Below are positions 1 to 8,076 of a DNA stretch of 64,000 nucleotides, piece after piece (position 1 is the stretch's first letter; each line of letters begins with the position of its first letter). The stretch is from Dehalococcoidia bacterium (GTDB lineage: Bacteria; Chloroflexota; Dehalococcoidia; Lucifugimonadales; Australimonadaceae): the NCBI GenBank assembly GCA_034422595.1, contig DAOUJO010000013.1, forward strand, positions 89,723 through 153,722. Direction: 5' to 3'. The notes beneath the pieces were generated by a model that was not told the DNA's origin, searched no databases, and was given only the letters and a program-made list of their open reading frames with translations. The position numbers and the translations under genes were made by a program.

Positions 1-330
1 CTCACGAAGGAGCAGTCGAGGTTCAAGGAGCGGCTCGCTCAGGAGTACGCCGACCTCGTCTACAACGGGCTCTGGTTCACCGCGCACCGCCGCGACCTGG
101 ACGCCTACGTCCTCAGCACGCAGCGCCACGTGAACGGCACGGTGCGCGTGCGCCTGCACAAGGGCAGCGCGACGGTCACCGGGCGCGAGAGCGCGGAGGC
201 GCTCTACCGGCACGACCTCGCCACCTACGACGCAGGCGACACGTTCGACCACCAGGCGTCGGTCGGCTTCATCTCGGTGTTCGGACTGCCGGTGCGGACG
301 CAGGCGCGGGTGCAGGGAGAGGCCGAGTAA
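1..330 (+). CDS. argG: Argininosuccinate synthase, C-terminal part (5' truncated by window edge)
   Basis: Frame 1 open from base 1: ...YADLVYNGLWF...VNGTVRVRLHKG...LATYDAGDTFDHQASVGFI...GLP, the typical ArgG C-terminus; argH nearby. Confidence 0.92.
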   Translation, partial: LTKEQSRFKERLAQEYADLVYNGLWFTAHRRDLDAYVLSTQRHVNGTVRVRLHKGSATVTGRESAEALYRHDLATYDAGDTFDHQASVGFISVFGLPVRTQARVQGEAE

Positions 331-336
331 CCTCTC

Positions 337-1215
337 GTGAGCGGCGCACTCCTCGCGCTCGCCGCAGCCGCGATGCTCGGCCTCAACACGGCCGTCGTGC
401 GGCGAAGCATGCTCCGTGCGTCCGCCTACAACGGCATCGTCATCTCCATACTGCTCTCGGTGCCCCTGTTCGGGCTCCTTGCGCTCGTCTCCGGCCAGCT
501 CGTCCAACTTGGCGGCTTCACCGGCATGCAGTACGCCGTCCTCGCCGTGGGCGGCATCCTCAACTTCCTCGGCGGACGCTTCTCCCAGTTCCTCGCGATA
601 CAGGCCGTGGGCGCGAACCTCACCGCGCCGGTGCGAGTCCTCTCAGCGCTCGTTGGCGCCGTCTTCGGCATAACGCTGCTGGGCGAGCAGGTGGGGCTGC
701 TGCGCGGCACCGGCATCGCCCTGCTCATCGTCGCGCCGCTCGTCGCGTTCGCGCGTCCCCCGACCGTCCGCCTTGGCTCGCTGCAGATCGCGCGGGGCAT
801 CGTGTTCGGTCTCAGCGCGGCGGCGACGTACGGCGGCTCGACCGTCCTCCTGCGCTGGGCGCTCGACGACTCCGGGCTCACGATGCTCGGCGGGCTCGTC
901 GCGCATGGCGCTGCGGCGCTCGTCCTCATCGCGTCGCTCGCGCTGCCGGGGCGGCTGCGGGGCCTGCGCGAGGTCGACCGCACCGCGTTCAAGCTGTTCG
1001 TCGCCGTGACCGCCATCATGACGCTGGCGCAGGTGCTCCGGTTCGCCGCGCTCGAATCGGCGGACGCCGCTGTCGTCTCTCCGCTCACCGAAACGATGGC
1101 GTTCTTCGGCGTCGGGTTCGCGTTCCTGCTCAACCGCGATACGGAGGCATTCAACCCGCTCGTGCTGCTCGGCATCGTGCTCGCCGCCGCGGGGGCTATC
1201 GCCATTACACTCTGA
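337..1215 (+). CDS. DMT/EamA-family transporter
   Basis: 292 aa, about 10 hydrophobic segments in two EamA-like halves. Confidence 0.8.
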   Translation: MSGALLALAAAAMLGLNTAVVRRSMLRASAYNGIVISILLSVPLFGLLALVSGQLVQLGGFTGMQYAVLAVGGILNFLGGRFSQFLAIQAVGANLTAPVRVLSALVGAVFGITLLGEQVGLLRGTGIALLIVAPLVAFARPPTVRLGSLQIARGIVFGLSAAATYGGSTVLLRWALDDSGLTMLGGLVAHGAAALVLIASLALPGRLRGLREVDRTAFKLFVAVTAIMTLAQVLRFAALESADAAVVSPLTETMAFFGVGFAFLLNRDTEAFNPLVLLGIVLAAAGAIAITL

Positions 1216-1246
1216 CAACTCCCAACGATAAAATGGAGGACACGCG

Positions 1247-2134
1247 ATGCGTATCGGATGGATCGGCATAGGCCGCATGGGACGCCCCATGGTGGAGAAC
1301 CTCGTCCGCAAGGGGTTCGACGTCACGGTGCAGAACCGCAGCCAGGGCAAGGTGCACGAGCTCGCGGCGATGGGCGCGACAGTGGGCGAATCGTTCGCCG
1401 CGATGGGCGCGGAGCTGGACGAGGTGCACACCTGCCTGCCGGAGACCGCCGTCGTGGAGCAGGTGCTCACCGGCGGTGGGGGCGTGCTCGAACGCCCGAA
1501 GCCGGGGCTGATCGTCGTCGACCACAGCACGATCCACCCGGACGCCGCGCGCGCCCTCGCCGCGACCGCCCGCGAACGCGGAGCGTCGTTCATCGACGCC
1601 CCGGTCTCCGGCTCCGGCCCCGTCGCCGAGCGCGGCGAGCTGACCATCATGTGCGGCGGCGACGAAGAGGCGTTCGCCGCGGCGCGGCCTGTCATGGAGG
1701 CGATGGGGCGCACCGTCGAGCTGATGGGCGCGTCCGGCTCCGGCGCGGCGACCAAGGTGGTGAGCAACTTCCTCATGGCGACGAACCTCGCCGTAGCGAT
1801 GGAGTCACTGCTGCTCGCGGACAAGGCGGGGCTGGACCTGGAGCGGCTCTTCGCCGTCATCCGCACGGCGTCGGGCGCGAGCCGCGCGTGGGAGCGGAAC
1901 GTCCCGCGCATCCTCAAGCGCGAGTTCGGCAAGGACGGCTCCGCCTGGCTCACGATGAAGGACCTCGATCACGCGCACGAGCTGGCGGTCGAGTTCGGGC
2001 TGGACCTGCAGATATTCGAGACGGGCCGCCGCTTCTGGCACGCCGTCGTGGAGGAGTACGGCCTCGGCGAGGAGGACCCCTCGCACGGCTTCACTGCGCT
2101 CGAACAGCGCCTCGGCGTCACGCTGGGAGGGTAG
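1247..2134 (+). CDS. NAD(P)-dependent beta-hydroxyacid dehydrogenase (3-hydroxyisobutyrate/tartronate semialdehyde reductase family)
   Basis: IGWIGIGRMG Rossmann motif, FIDAPVSG, catalytic Lys in ATKVVSN; GGAGG RBS upstream. Confidence 0.88.
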   Translation: MRIGWIGIGRMGRPMVENLVRKGFDVTVQNRSQGKVHELAAMGATVGESFAAMGAELDEVHTCLPETAVVEQVLTGGGGVLERPKPGLIVVDHSTIHPDAARALAATARERGASFIDAPVSGSGPVAERGELTIMCGGDEEAFAAARPVMEAMGRTVELMGASGSGAATKVVSNFLMATNLAVAMESLLLADKAGLDLERLFAVIRTASGASRAWERNVPRILKREFGKDGSAWLTMKDLDHAHELAVEFGLDLQIFETGRRFWHAVVEEYGLGEEDPSHGFTALEQRLGVTLGG

Positions 2135-2156
2135 GACGTACAATAGACGCGACGCC

Positions 2157-3524
2157 ATGACCGACTACACGACCCACCACTTCGAGGCCGCCTCGCGCTA
2201 CACCGTCTCCGTCGGCTACGACCGCCGGCTCTACGAGCACGACATCGCGGGATCGGTCGCGCACGCCCGTATGCTCGGCAGGCAGGGCATCATCTCCGAG
2301 GCCGATGCCGGCGCCATCGTCGAGGGGCTGGACGCCGTGCGCCGCGAGATCGCGGACGGCGCGTTCAACTGGCGCGAGGAGCTCGAAGACCTCCACATGA
2401 ACATCGAGACGCGCCTCCATGAGCTCATCGGCGAGCCCGCCGCGCGCCTCCACACCGCGCGCTCCCGAAACGACCAGGTCGCGACCGCCACCCGCCTCTA
2501 CGTCCGCGATGCCATCGACCGCGCAACGTTGCTCCTGCGTGCCCTGCAGGGCGCGCTCGTGGCGCTCGCCGAGCGCGAGCAGGATGTGCTCCTCCCCGGG
2601 TACACCCACCTTCAGCGCGCGCAGCCCGTGCCGTTCGCGCACCACATGCTCGCCTACTTCGAGATGTTCGACCGCGACGCCGACCGCCTCGCCGATGCGC
2701 GGAAACGCGCCAACGTCCTCCCGCTCGGCTCCGGCGCGCTCGCAGGCGCGCCGTACCCCCTCGACCGGGAGTGGGTTGCGCGCGAGCTCGGCTTCGACGG
2801 CATCTCCGCGAACTCGATGGACGCCGTCTCCGACCGCGACTACGCCGTCGAGTTCCTCACCGCCGCCGCGACGTGCATGATGCACTGCTCGCGCCTCGCG
2901 GAGGAGATCGTGCTCTGGACGTCGCAGGAGTTCGGCTACCTGCGGCTCGGGCGGCAGTGGGTCACCGGCTCGTCCATCATGCCGCAGAAGCGCAACCCGG
3001 ACTTCGCGGAGATCGCGCGCGGCAAGACGGGCCGCGTCTACGGCAGCCTCATCGGCCTGCTCACCACGCTCAAAGGGCTGCCGCTCACCTACAACCGTGA
3101 CCTGCAGGAGGACAAGGAGGGGCTGTTCGACGCCGTCGACACGCTCGAAGCGACGCTCGACGCCATGCGCGGCATGCTGAGCGACTGCTCGGTGAACGCG
3201 GAGCGGATGCGCGAGGCCGCCGAGGACAGCGCCCTGCTCGCCACCGACATGGCCGACTACCTCGTCGGCAAGGGCGTGCCGTTCCGCGAGGCCCACGCCG
3301 CCGTGAGCGCGCTCTGCGAGCTCGCGGCTGAGCGCGGCGTCGCCGTTACCGCGCTGCCGCTCGACGACATGCAGGCCCGCTGCCCGGCGTTCGACGAGGG
3401 TGTGCGCGAACTGACCGCACTCGCCAGCGCAACGGCGCGCGACGTGCCCGGCGGCGCGTCGCCCGCCCGCGTGCGGGAGGCCCTCGCCGCCGCAAAGGCG
3501 CGCCTGGAGGCTTCCCGTGGCTGA
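2157..3524 (+). CDS. argH: Argininosuccinate lyase
   Basis: HTARSRNDQ, PGYTHLQRAQP, GSSIMPQKRNPD and YNRDLQEDKE motifs. Confidence 0.97.
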   Translation: MTDYTTHHFEAASRYTVSVGYDRRLYEHDIAGSVAHARMLGRQGIISEADAGAIVEGLDAVRREIADGAFNWREELEDLHMNIETRLHELIGEPAARLHTARSRNDQVATATRLYVRDAIDRATLLLRALQGALVALAEREQDVLLPGYTHLQRAQPVPFAHHMLAYFEMFDRDADRLADARKRANVLPLGSGALAGAPYPLDREWVARELGFDGISANSMDAVSDRDYAVEFLTAAATCMMHCSRLAEEIVLWTSQEFGYLRLGRQWVTGSSIMPQKRNPDFAEIARGKTGRVYGSLIGLLTTLKGLPLTYNRDLQEDKEGLFDAVDTLEATLDAMRGMLSDCSVNAERMREAAEDSALLATDMADYLVGKGVPFREAHAAVSALCELAAERGVAVTALPLDDMQARCPAFDEGVRELTALASATARDVPGGASPARVREALAAAKARLEASRG

Positions 3525-4206
3525 CGTCAGACTTGCCCCCTCCATCCTCTCGGCGGACTTCGCCCGCATCGGCGAGGTCGTCCGCGAGACCGAGGAGGCG
3601 GGCGCCGACTACATCCACGTCGACGTGATGGACGGGCGCTTCGTCCCGAACCTCACCATCGGCCCGCTCGTCGTCGAGGCGATACGCCCGCACACGACCC
3701 TCCCGCTCGACGTACACCTGATGATCGTCGAGCCGGAGCGCCTCATCCCGGACTTCGTCGCAGCGGGCGCCGACAAGATAACCGTGCACCAGGAGGCCGT
3801 GACGCACCTCGACCGCGCCGTCCACCAGATACGCGACCTCGGCGCGACCGCCGGCGTCTCGCTCAACCCGTCGACGCCCGACGCCACGCTCACCGAGATA
3901 CTGCCGGAGCTGGACCTCGTGCTCGTCATGTCGGTCAACCCCGGCTTCGGCGGGCAGTCGTTCATCCCGGGCGTGCTTCCGAAGGTGAAGCGCCTCCGCG
4001 CCGCGATAGACGAGCGCGGCCTCGCCACCGAGCTGGAGGTCGACGGCGGCATCAAGCCGGACAACGTGGCGCGGGTCGTCGCTGCGGGTGCGAACGTCAT
4101 CGTGGCGGGCTCCGCTGTGTACAATGACCGCATGACCGTTGCCGAAGCAGTCGCTGCCATGCGTGCCGCCGTCGAAGGTGGCGCAGGATCGGGCGTGCCC
4201 GATTAA
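3517..4206 (+). CDS. rpe: Ribulose-phosphate 3-epimerase
   Basis: APSILSADF, HVDVMDGRFVPN, DVHLMI, MSVNPGFGGQ, EVDGG motifs. Confidence 0.97.
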   Translation: MADVRLAPSILSADFARIGEVVRETEEAGADYIHVDVMDGRFVPNLTIGPLVVEAIRPHTTLPLDVHLMIVEPERLIPDFVAAGADKITVHQEAVTHLDRAVHQIRDLGATAGVSLNPSTPDATLTEILPELDLVLVMSVNPGFGGQSFIPGVLPKVKRLRAAIDERGLATELEVDGGIKPDNVARVVAAGANVIVAGSAVYNDRMTVAEAVAAMRAAVEGGAGSGVPD

Positions 4207-4774
4207 CCCCCGCATCGCCCACGTCCTCTGCCCCGGCCTCTCCGGCGCCGTCCTCCTCATCGTCGCGCTGTCGCTCGCTGTCGCCTGCGCGTCCCCAACC
4301 CCAACTCCCACGCCTGTCCCCGTCGCCGAGGTAGGCGACCGTGCCATGGTGCACTATACCGGCGCCCTCGACGACGGCACCGAGTTCGACTCCTCGCGCG
4401 ACGGCTTCCCGCTCGACTTCGTCGTCGGCAGCGGCCAGCTCATCGACGGCTTCGACAGCGCCGTGCGCGGTCTCGCTGTCGGCGCCAGCGTCACCGTGCG
4501 CCTGGAACCCGCCGAGGCCTACGGCGAGCCTAACCCCGAACTCATCGCCAACGTGCCGATCGAGGAGTTCCCGCCGGAGATGGTGGGCCAGTTGGCCATC
4601 GGCATGGCCATCCCGCTCTCCAACGGGATATCGCCGGTGATCACCAACATCACTGACACCTTCATCACCCTCGACGCCAACCACCCGCTCGCCGGCGAGG
4701 CGCTCAACTTCGACATAGAGCTCGTCGACCTCATCAAACCCACCCCCGTCCCCGACACCACCCCCGTCGCCTGA
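4139..4774 (+). CDS. FKBP-type peptidyl-prolyl isomerase (SlyD/FkpB-like with insert-in-flap domain), predicted lipoprotein; true start uncertain
   Basis: VHYTGALDDGTEFDSS, FVVGSGQLIDGF, PAEAYGE, DANHPLAGEALNFDIE; preceded by hydrophobic stretch ending LAVAC and a PT linker. Confidence 0.88.
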   Translation: MPKQSLPCVPPSKVAQDRACPINPRIAHVLCPGLSGAVLLIVALSLAVACASPTPTPTPVPVAEVGDRAMVHYTGALDDGTEFDSSRDGFPLDFVVGSGQLIDGFDSAVRGLAVGASVTVRLEPAEAYGEPNPELIANVPIEEFPPEMVGQLAIGMAIPLSNGISPVITNITDTFITLDANHPLAGEALNFDIELVDLIKPTPVPDTTPVA

Positions 4775-4807
4775 CCCCGCGGGACAGTATCATTCTGGGC
4801 GATTATT

Positions 4808-4848
4808 GATACTAAGTATTGACAGTGTGCAAACGCAATCGCTACCTT
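4808..4848 (+). promoter_or_regulatory. Sigma70-type promoter with overlapping Fur-family-like 7-1-7 box upstream of the Fur/Zur gene
   Basis: GATACTAAGTATTGACAGTGTGCA at 4808-4831; TTGACA at 4819-4824; TACCTT at 4843-4848; ATG 7 nt later. Confidence 0.7.
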
Positions 4849-4855
4849 CCGAACC

Positions 4856-5359
4856 ATGGCGACGGCCTCGACGAAATCGGCCAGCGCGGTCATGCAGACC
4901 GAGTCCAACATCCTTGCGGCGTTGGAGGAACACGGCAGCCGCATGACCTGGCCGCGCCGTCAACTGGCGAAGATGCTCGCTCGGCGGACTGAGTCGTTCA
5001 GCGCCGAGGAGATCGTAGCCTCGCTGCCGACTCTGGGCCGGGCGACCGTCTACCGCACGCTGCGCCTGCTCGGGGAGGCGGGTGTCCTCTGCAAAGCCAC
5101 CATGCCGGACGGTTCGCCGCGCTACTCGCTGGATGACACAAGTCATCATCACCATCACCTCGTCTGTGTCGGCTGCGAACGCATCGACGAATTCCGCCAT
5201 CCTTCTATCGAACGGATGCTCCGTGCCATGAAGGCCTATATCGGGAGCGAGCTTGTCGGGCACAGGCTGGAGCTGTACCACCGCTGCACTGTCTGCCGGG
5301 AGACGGGCCAGGGCGGCGAAGACATCCACATGCACGGGACCCACGTGCACGCTCACTGA
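4856..5359 (+). CDS. zur: Fur-family transcriptional repressor, probably Zur
   Basis: GRATVYRTLRLL helix, HHHHHLVCVGC and HRCTVC (two CxxC), His-rich tail; adjacent to a Zn-binding protein gene. Zur versus other Fur-family members is inferred from context. Confidence 0.8.
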   Translation: MATASTKSASAVMQTESNILAALEEHGSRMTWPRRQLAKMLARRTESFSAEEIVASLPTLGRATVYRTLRLLGEAGVLCKATMPDGSPRYSLDDTSHHHHHLVCVGCERIDEFRHPSIERMLRAMKAYIGSELVGHRLELYHRCTVCRETGQGGEDIHMHGTHVHAH

Positions 5360-5424
5360 ACTCAACGGATGGCTATGCGAGACCGGCAAGACCTTTGGAG
5401 CAGGGATATCGTCTCGATGCTATC

Positions 5425-5464
5425 GATACCAAGTATTGACAGTGTGCAGATGCCCTGCTATCGT
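5425..5464 (+). promoter_or_regulatory. Second copy of the promoter/operator, upstream of the ZnuA-AztD gene
   Basis: GATACCAAGTATTGACAGTGTGCA at 5425-5448 (23/24 identical to 4808-4831); TTGACA 5436-5441, 17-bp spacer, TGnTATCGT ending 5464. Confidence 0.72.
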
Positions 5465-5593
5465 CGAGGCCGTGAAGGGATGGCGGGGCGTCGCCTGACG
5501 TAAGGGCGGCAGAGAACACCTGATTACCCACGGATATTCAAGACCCGCGTGCACTCGCAACTGGGTCCATTGGGTATAGCTATGGAGGCTTAC

Positions 5594-8005
5594 ATGTCGA
5601 GACTGCATCTCACTAGAATGCACAGGCTGTTTATCGCCGCAGCCCTGGCCCTGGCGATAGCGGTTACTGCCTGCTCGGATGACCCTGAGCCCACGAACAC
5701 GCCCGTCAGTGCTCCGCCCACGAACACACCGGTCGTTGCGTCCGAACCGCTGAGTGTGGTGGCGAGCATCTACCCGATGCAGTACTTCACCGAACGGATC
5801 GGCGGCGACCGGGTGGAAGTCGAGACCATCGTGCCCCCCGGCGTCGAGGCCCACCAGTTCGAACTCACGACGAGCGACCTGCTCGCGATCGCCGAGGCCG
5901 ATGTCGTGGTGATGAACGGCCTCAGTCTGTTGCCCTGGCTGCACCGTGCGCTCGAGTCCCTGGGCGATGACGTCTCCGGTATCGTGGTCGAGGCTGCGTA
6001 CGCCGAGGCGGCACTGCCGTTCGTGGAAGACGAGCACGGCCATGAGGACGAGCACGGCCACATGGAAGATGACGACCATGGGCATGAAGACGAGCATGGC
6101 CACGAGGAAGACGAGCACGGCCACATGGAAGGTGACGACCACGGCCACGAAGAACATGCCTTTGACGGGCGTCTGCTGATCGCAGACCTCGATGCGCAGC
6201 ACCTCTCGGTGCTCGATCTGTCGACAGAGGAACTGGACGTCGGCGCCTTCGACATTGGTGCGCCCCCCGCTGCGATCTACCCCAGCCCGACCCACCGCTA
6301 CGCCTTCGTGCTCGCTCGCGGCCCGGGAGACGCCGATGACGGCATCCACCTCTTCGACGGCGGCGTCTACCTCGTCGAGCACGGCGACCACTTCGACCTC
6401 GTACGTGAGCCCGTCTCGCGTCACCCCTCTGTGGTGACGGATGAACGGCCGATCCACTTCGTCAACAGCTACGGCTGGACGGCAGTGTTCGCTGACGCTC
6501 ACGGCCACGCCTACCTCTACAACGAGGAGGAGCTCACCGGCACGCAGGGCGACTACCAGCCGATCTTGTTCGAGACCGGCGACACGCAGCACGGCGCTGC
6601 CCTGGCGATCTCGCCCGACCGCTTCATTGTGACCACTGTAAACCCCGACTATCCCGAGAACACGGACAGCACCCTCCCGGTCGGCGTTGAAGTCCGCACC
6701 CTCGACGACGTAGTCATCTATGACGCCAGCAACAGCTCCTGCCCCGGCATGCACGGCGAGACCCACAATGAAGAGGGCGCCATCTTCGGCTGCGTCGGCG
6801 GCGTGCTCTTCCTGCACCCGGAGGGCGCCAGCTACCACCACGAATTCATCGACAATCCACCCGAGATGCGCGAGGAGTCACGCATCGGCTCCTTCTTCGG
6901 ACACCACCACCTGCACCACTTCTTCGGTCGTGCCTCCTACTTCGACGGTCAGGGCTTCGCCGACGACGGCATCTGGCTGATCGACCCCGAGTCCGGCGAG
7001 TTCCGGCAGGTCTTCTCTGAACCCATCGCCGCCGGCGCTGTCGGCACGCACGGTGAGCGCCTCTACCTGCTCACCTCCGATGGCGAACTCCACGTGTTCG
7101 ACGCCCACGATGGCGATGAGGTTGCGCACCTCCACGTCATGGAGCCGGGCGAGGAGGCGCGGCCCCGCCTCATCATCGTCGGCGAGACCATGTTCCTCAC
7201 GAACCCGAACCACGGCGAGATCATCTCGGTCGACCTCGACCACCTTGAGGTGGAGGAAGTCTGGGACGTCGGCGGTTCGCCCTCCGGCATCGCCTTCGTT
7301 GGCATCCTTGGTGAAGGGGAGGACCACGAGGACGAGCACGGCCACGAGGAAGATGAGCACGGCCACGATGAGGACGAACACGGCCATGAGGAGGGGGACG
7401 AGCACGGCCACGATGAGGATGAGCACGGCCATGAGGATGAGCACGGCCACATGGAAGGTGACGACCACGGCCACGGCGAATTTGATCCTCACTTCTGGCT
7501 CGACCCGCTGCGCGCCATCGGCCAGGCGGAGCGCATAGCCGAGGCGCTGATCGAGGCGGACCCCGAGGGCGCCGACATCTACCGGGCGAACCTCGCCACG
7601 CTCTCCTCCGATCTCCGGGGGCTGCACTCCGAGTTCGAGGCGGGCCTCAGCTCGTGCGTCCACCGCGAGTTCGTCACCTCGCACTCCGCTTACGGCTACC
7701 TCGCGGCAGCGTACGGCCTGGAACAGGTCGGGATCGCCGGCCTCTCCCCTGAAGCGGAGCCGTCTCCGCAGCGTCTCGCCGCCATCGCCGACCGCATCAA
7801 GGAGCTCGGCATCAAGGCTGTGCTGCTCGAGCCCGTGCTCTCCGGTGCGCACGAGCAGGCGCTCGCCAGCGAGACGGGGGCAGGCATCTACCAGATCCAC
7901 GCGATAGAGAGCGCCACCCAGGCTGAACTGGACGAGCACGGGGACTACTTCGGCCTGATGCGCGACAACCTGAAGAGCCTGCGCGCCGCGATGGAGTGCT
8001 CGTAA
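5594..8005 (+). CDS. Cluster A-I (ZnuA/AztC-like) zinc ABC solute-binding lipoprotein with a nested AztD-like beta-propeller between two His/Glu/Asp-rich tracts
   Basis: Lipobox AVTAC; N-half VVASIYP...EAHQFE; insert with RLLIAD, VEHGDH, PIHFV, LPVG, CPGMHG, TSDG, RPRL; C-half DPHFWLDP, VTSHSAYGY, EPSPQRL. GGAGG 5 nt before ATG 5594. Confidence 0.88.
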   Translation: MSRLHLTRMHRLFIAAALALAIAVTACSDDPEPTNTPVSAPPTNTPVVASEPLSVVASIYPMQYFTERIGGDRVEVETIVPPGVEAHQFELTTSDLLAIAEADVVVMNGLSLLPWLHRALESLGDDVSGIVVEAAYAEAALPFVEDEHGHEDEHGHMEDDDHGHEDEHGHEEDEHGHMEGDDHGHEEHAFDGRLLIADLDAQHLSVLDLSTEELDVGAFDIGAPPAAIYPSPTHRYAFVLARGPGDADDGIHLFDGGVYLVEHGDHFDLVREPVSRHPSVVTDERPIHFVNSYGWTAVFADAHGHAYLYNEEELTGTQGDYQPILFETGDTQHGAALAISPDRFIVTTVNPDYPENTDSTLPVGVEVRTLDDVVIYDASNSSCPGMHGETHNEEGAIFGCVGGVLFLHPEGASYHHEFIDNPPEMREESRIGSFFGHHHLHHFFGRASYFDGQGFADDGIWLIDPESGEFRQVFSEPIAAGAVGTHGERLYLLTSDGELHVFDAHDGDEVAHLHVMEPGEEARPRLIIVGETMFLTNPNHGEIISVDLDHLEVEEVWDVGGSPSGIAFVGILGEGEDHEDEHGHEEDEHGHDEDEHGHEEGDEHGHDEDEHGHEDEHGHMEGDDHGHGEFDPHFWLDPLRAIGQAERIAEALIEADPEGADIYRANLATLSSDLRGLHSEFEAGLSSCVHREFVTSHSAYGYLAAAYGLEQVGIAGLSPEAEPSPQRLAAIADRIKELGIKAVLLEPVLSGAHEQALASETGAGIYQIHAIESATQAELDEHGDYFGLMRDNLKSLRAAMECS
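6025..6156 (+). repeat. Coding His-rich tandem repeat tract 1 (EDEHGH-like units)
   Basis: Repeated GA(C/T)GAGCA(C/T)GGCCA(C/T) units within the SBP gene. Confidence 0.9.
7324..7475 (+). repeat. Coding His-rich tandem repeat tract 2
   Basis: Same unit; 37 nt at 7439-7475 identical to 6113-6149. Confidence 0.9.
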
Positions 8006-8022
8006 GCTGGACAGCGACGGCG

Positions 8023-8057
8023 ATACGGCGGCCGTATGCTGAATGCGGCCGCCGTAT
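8023..8057 (+). terminator. 12-bp stem hairpin after the SBP gene (possible terminator or stabiliser)
   Basis: ATACGGCGGCCG 8023-8034 pairs with CGGCCGCCGTAT 8046-8057; no U-tract. Confidence 0.5.
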
Positions 8058-8076
8058 GGGAACGGGGAGGTGTGCG

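Noticed and set aside
5465-5593. Metal or metabolite riboswitch in the SBP 5' leader
   Set aside because: No recognisable NiCo, yybP-ykoY, ZTP, glycine or cobalamin consensus.
5549-5593. ORF-track upstream start extensions (also 9383, 27294, 27695, 30120, 30965, 37146, 37595, 39643, 43369, 47292, 52487, 60438)
   Set aside because: Downstream starts with an RBS, translational coupling or family-typical N-termini fit better.
6025-7475. Tandem repeats as a possible CRISPR array
   Set aside because: They are in-frame coding His/Glu/Asp repeats without unique spacers, and no cas genes are present.
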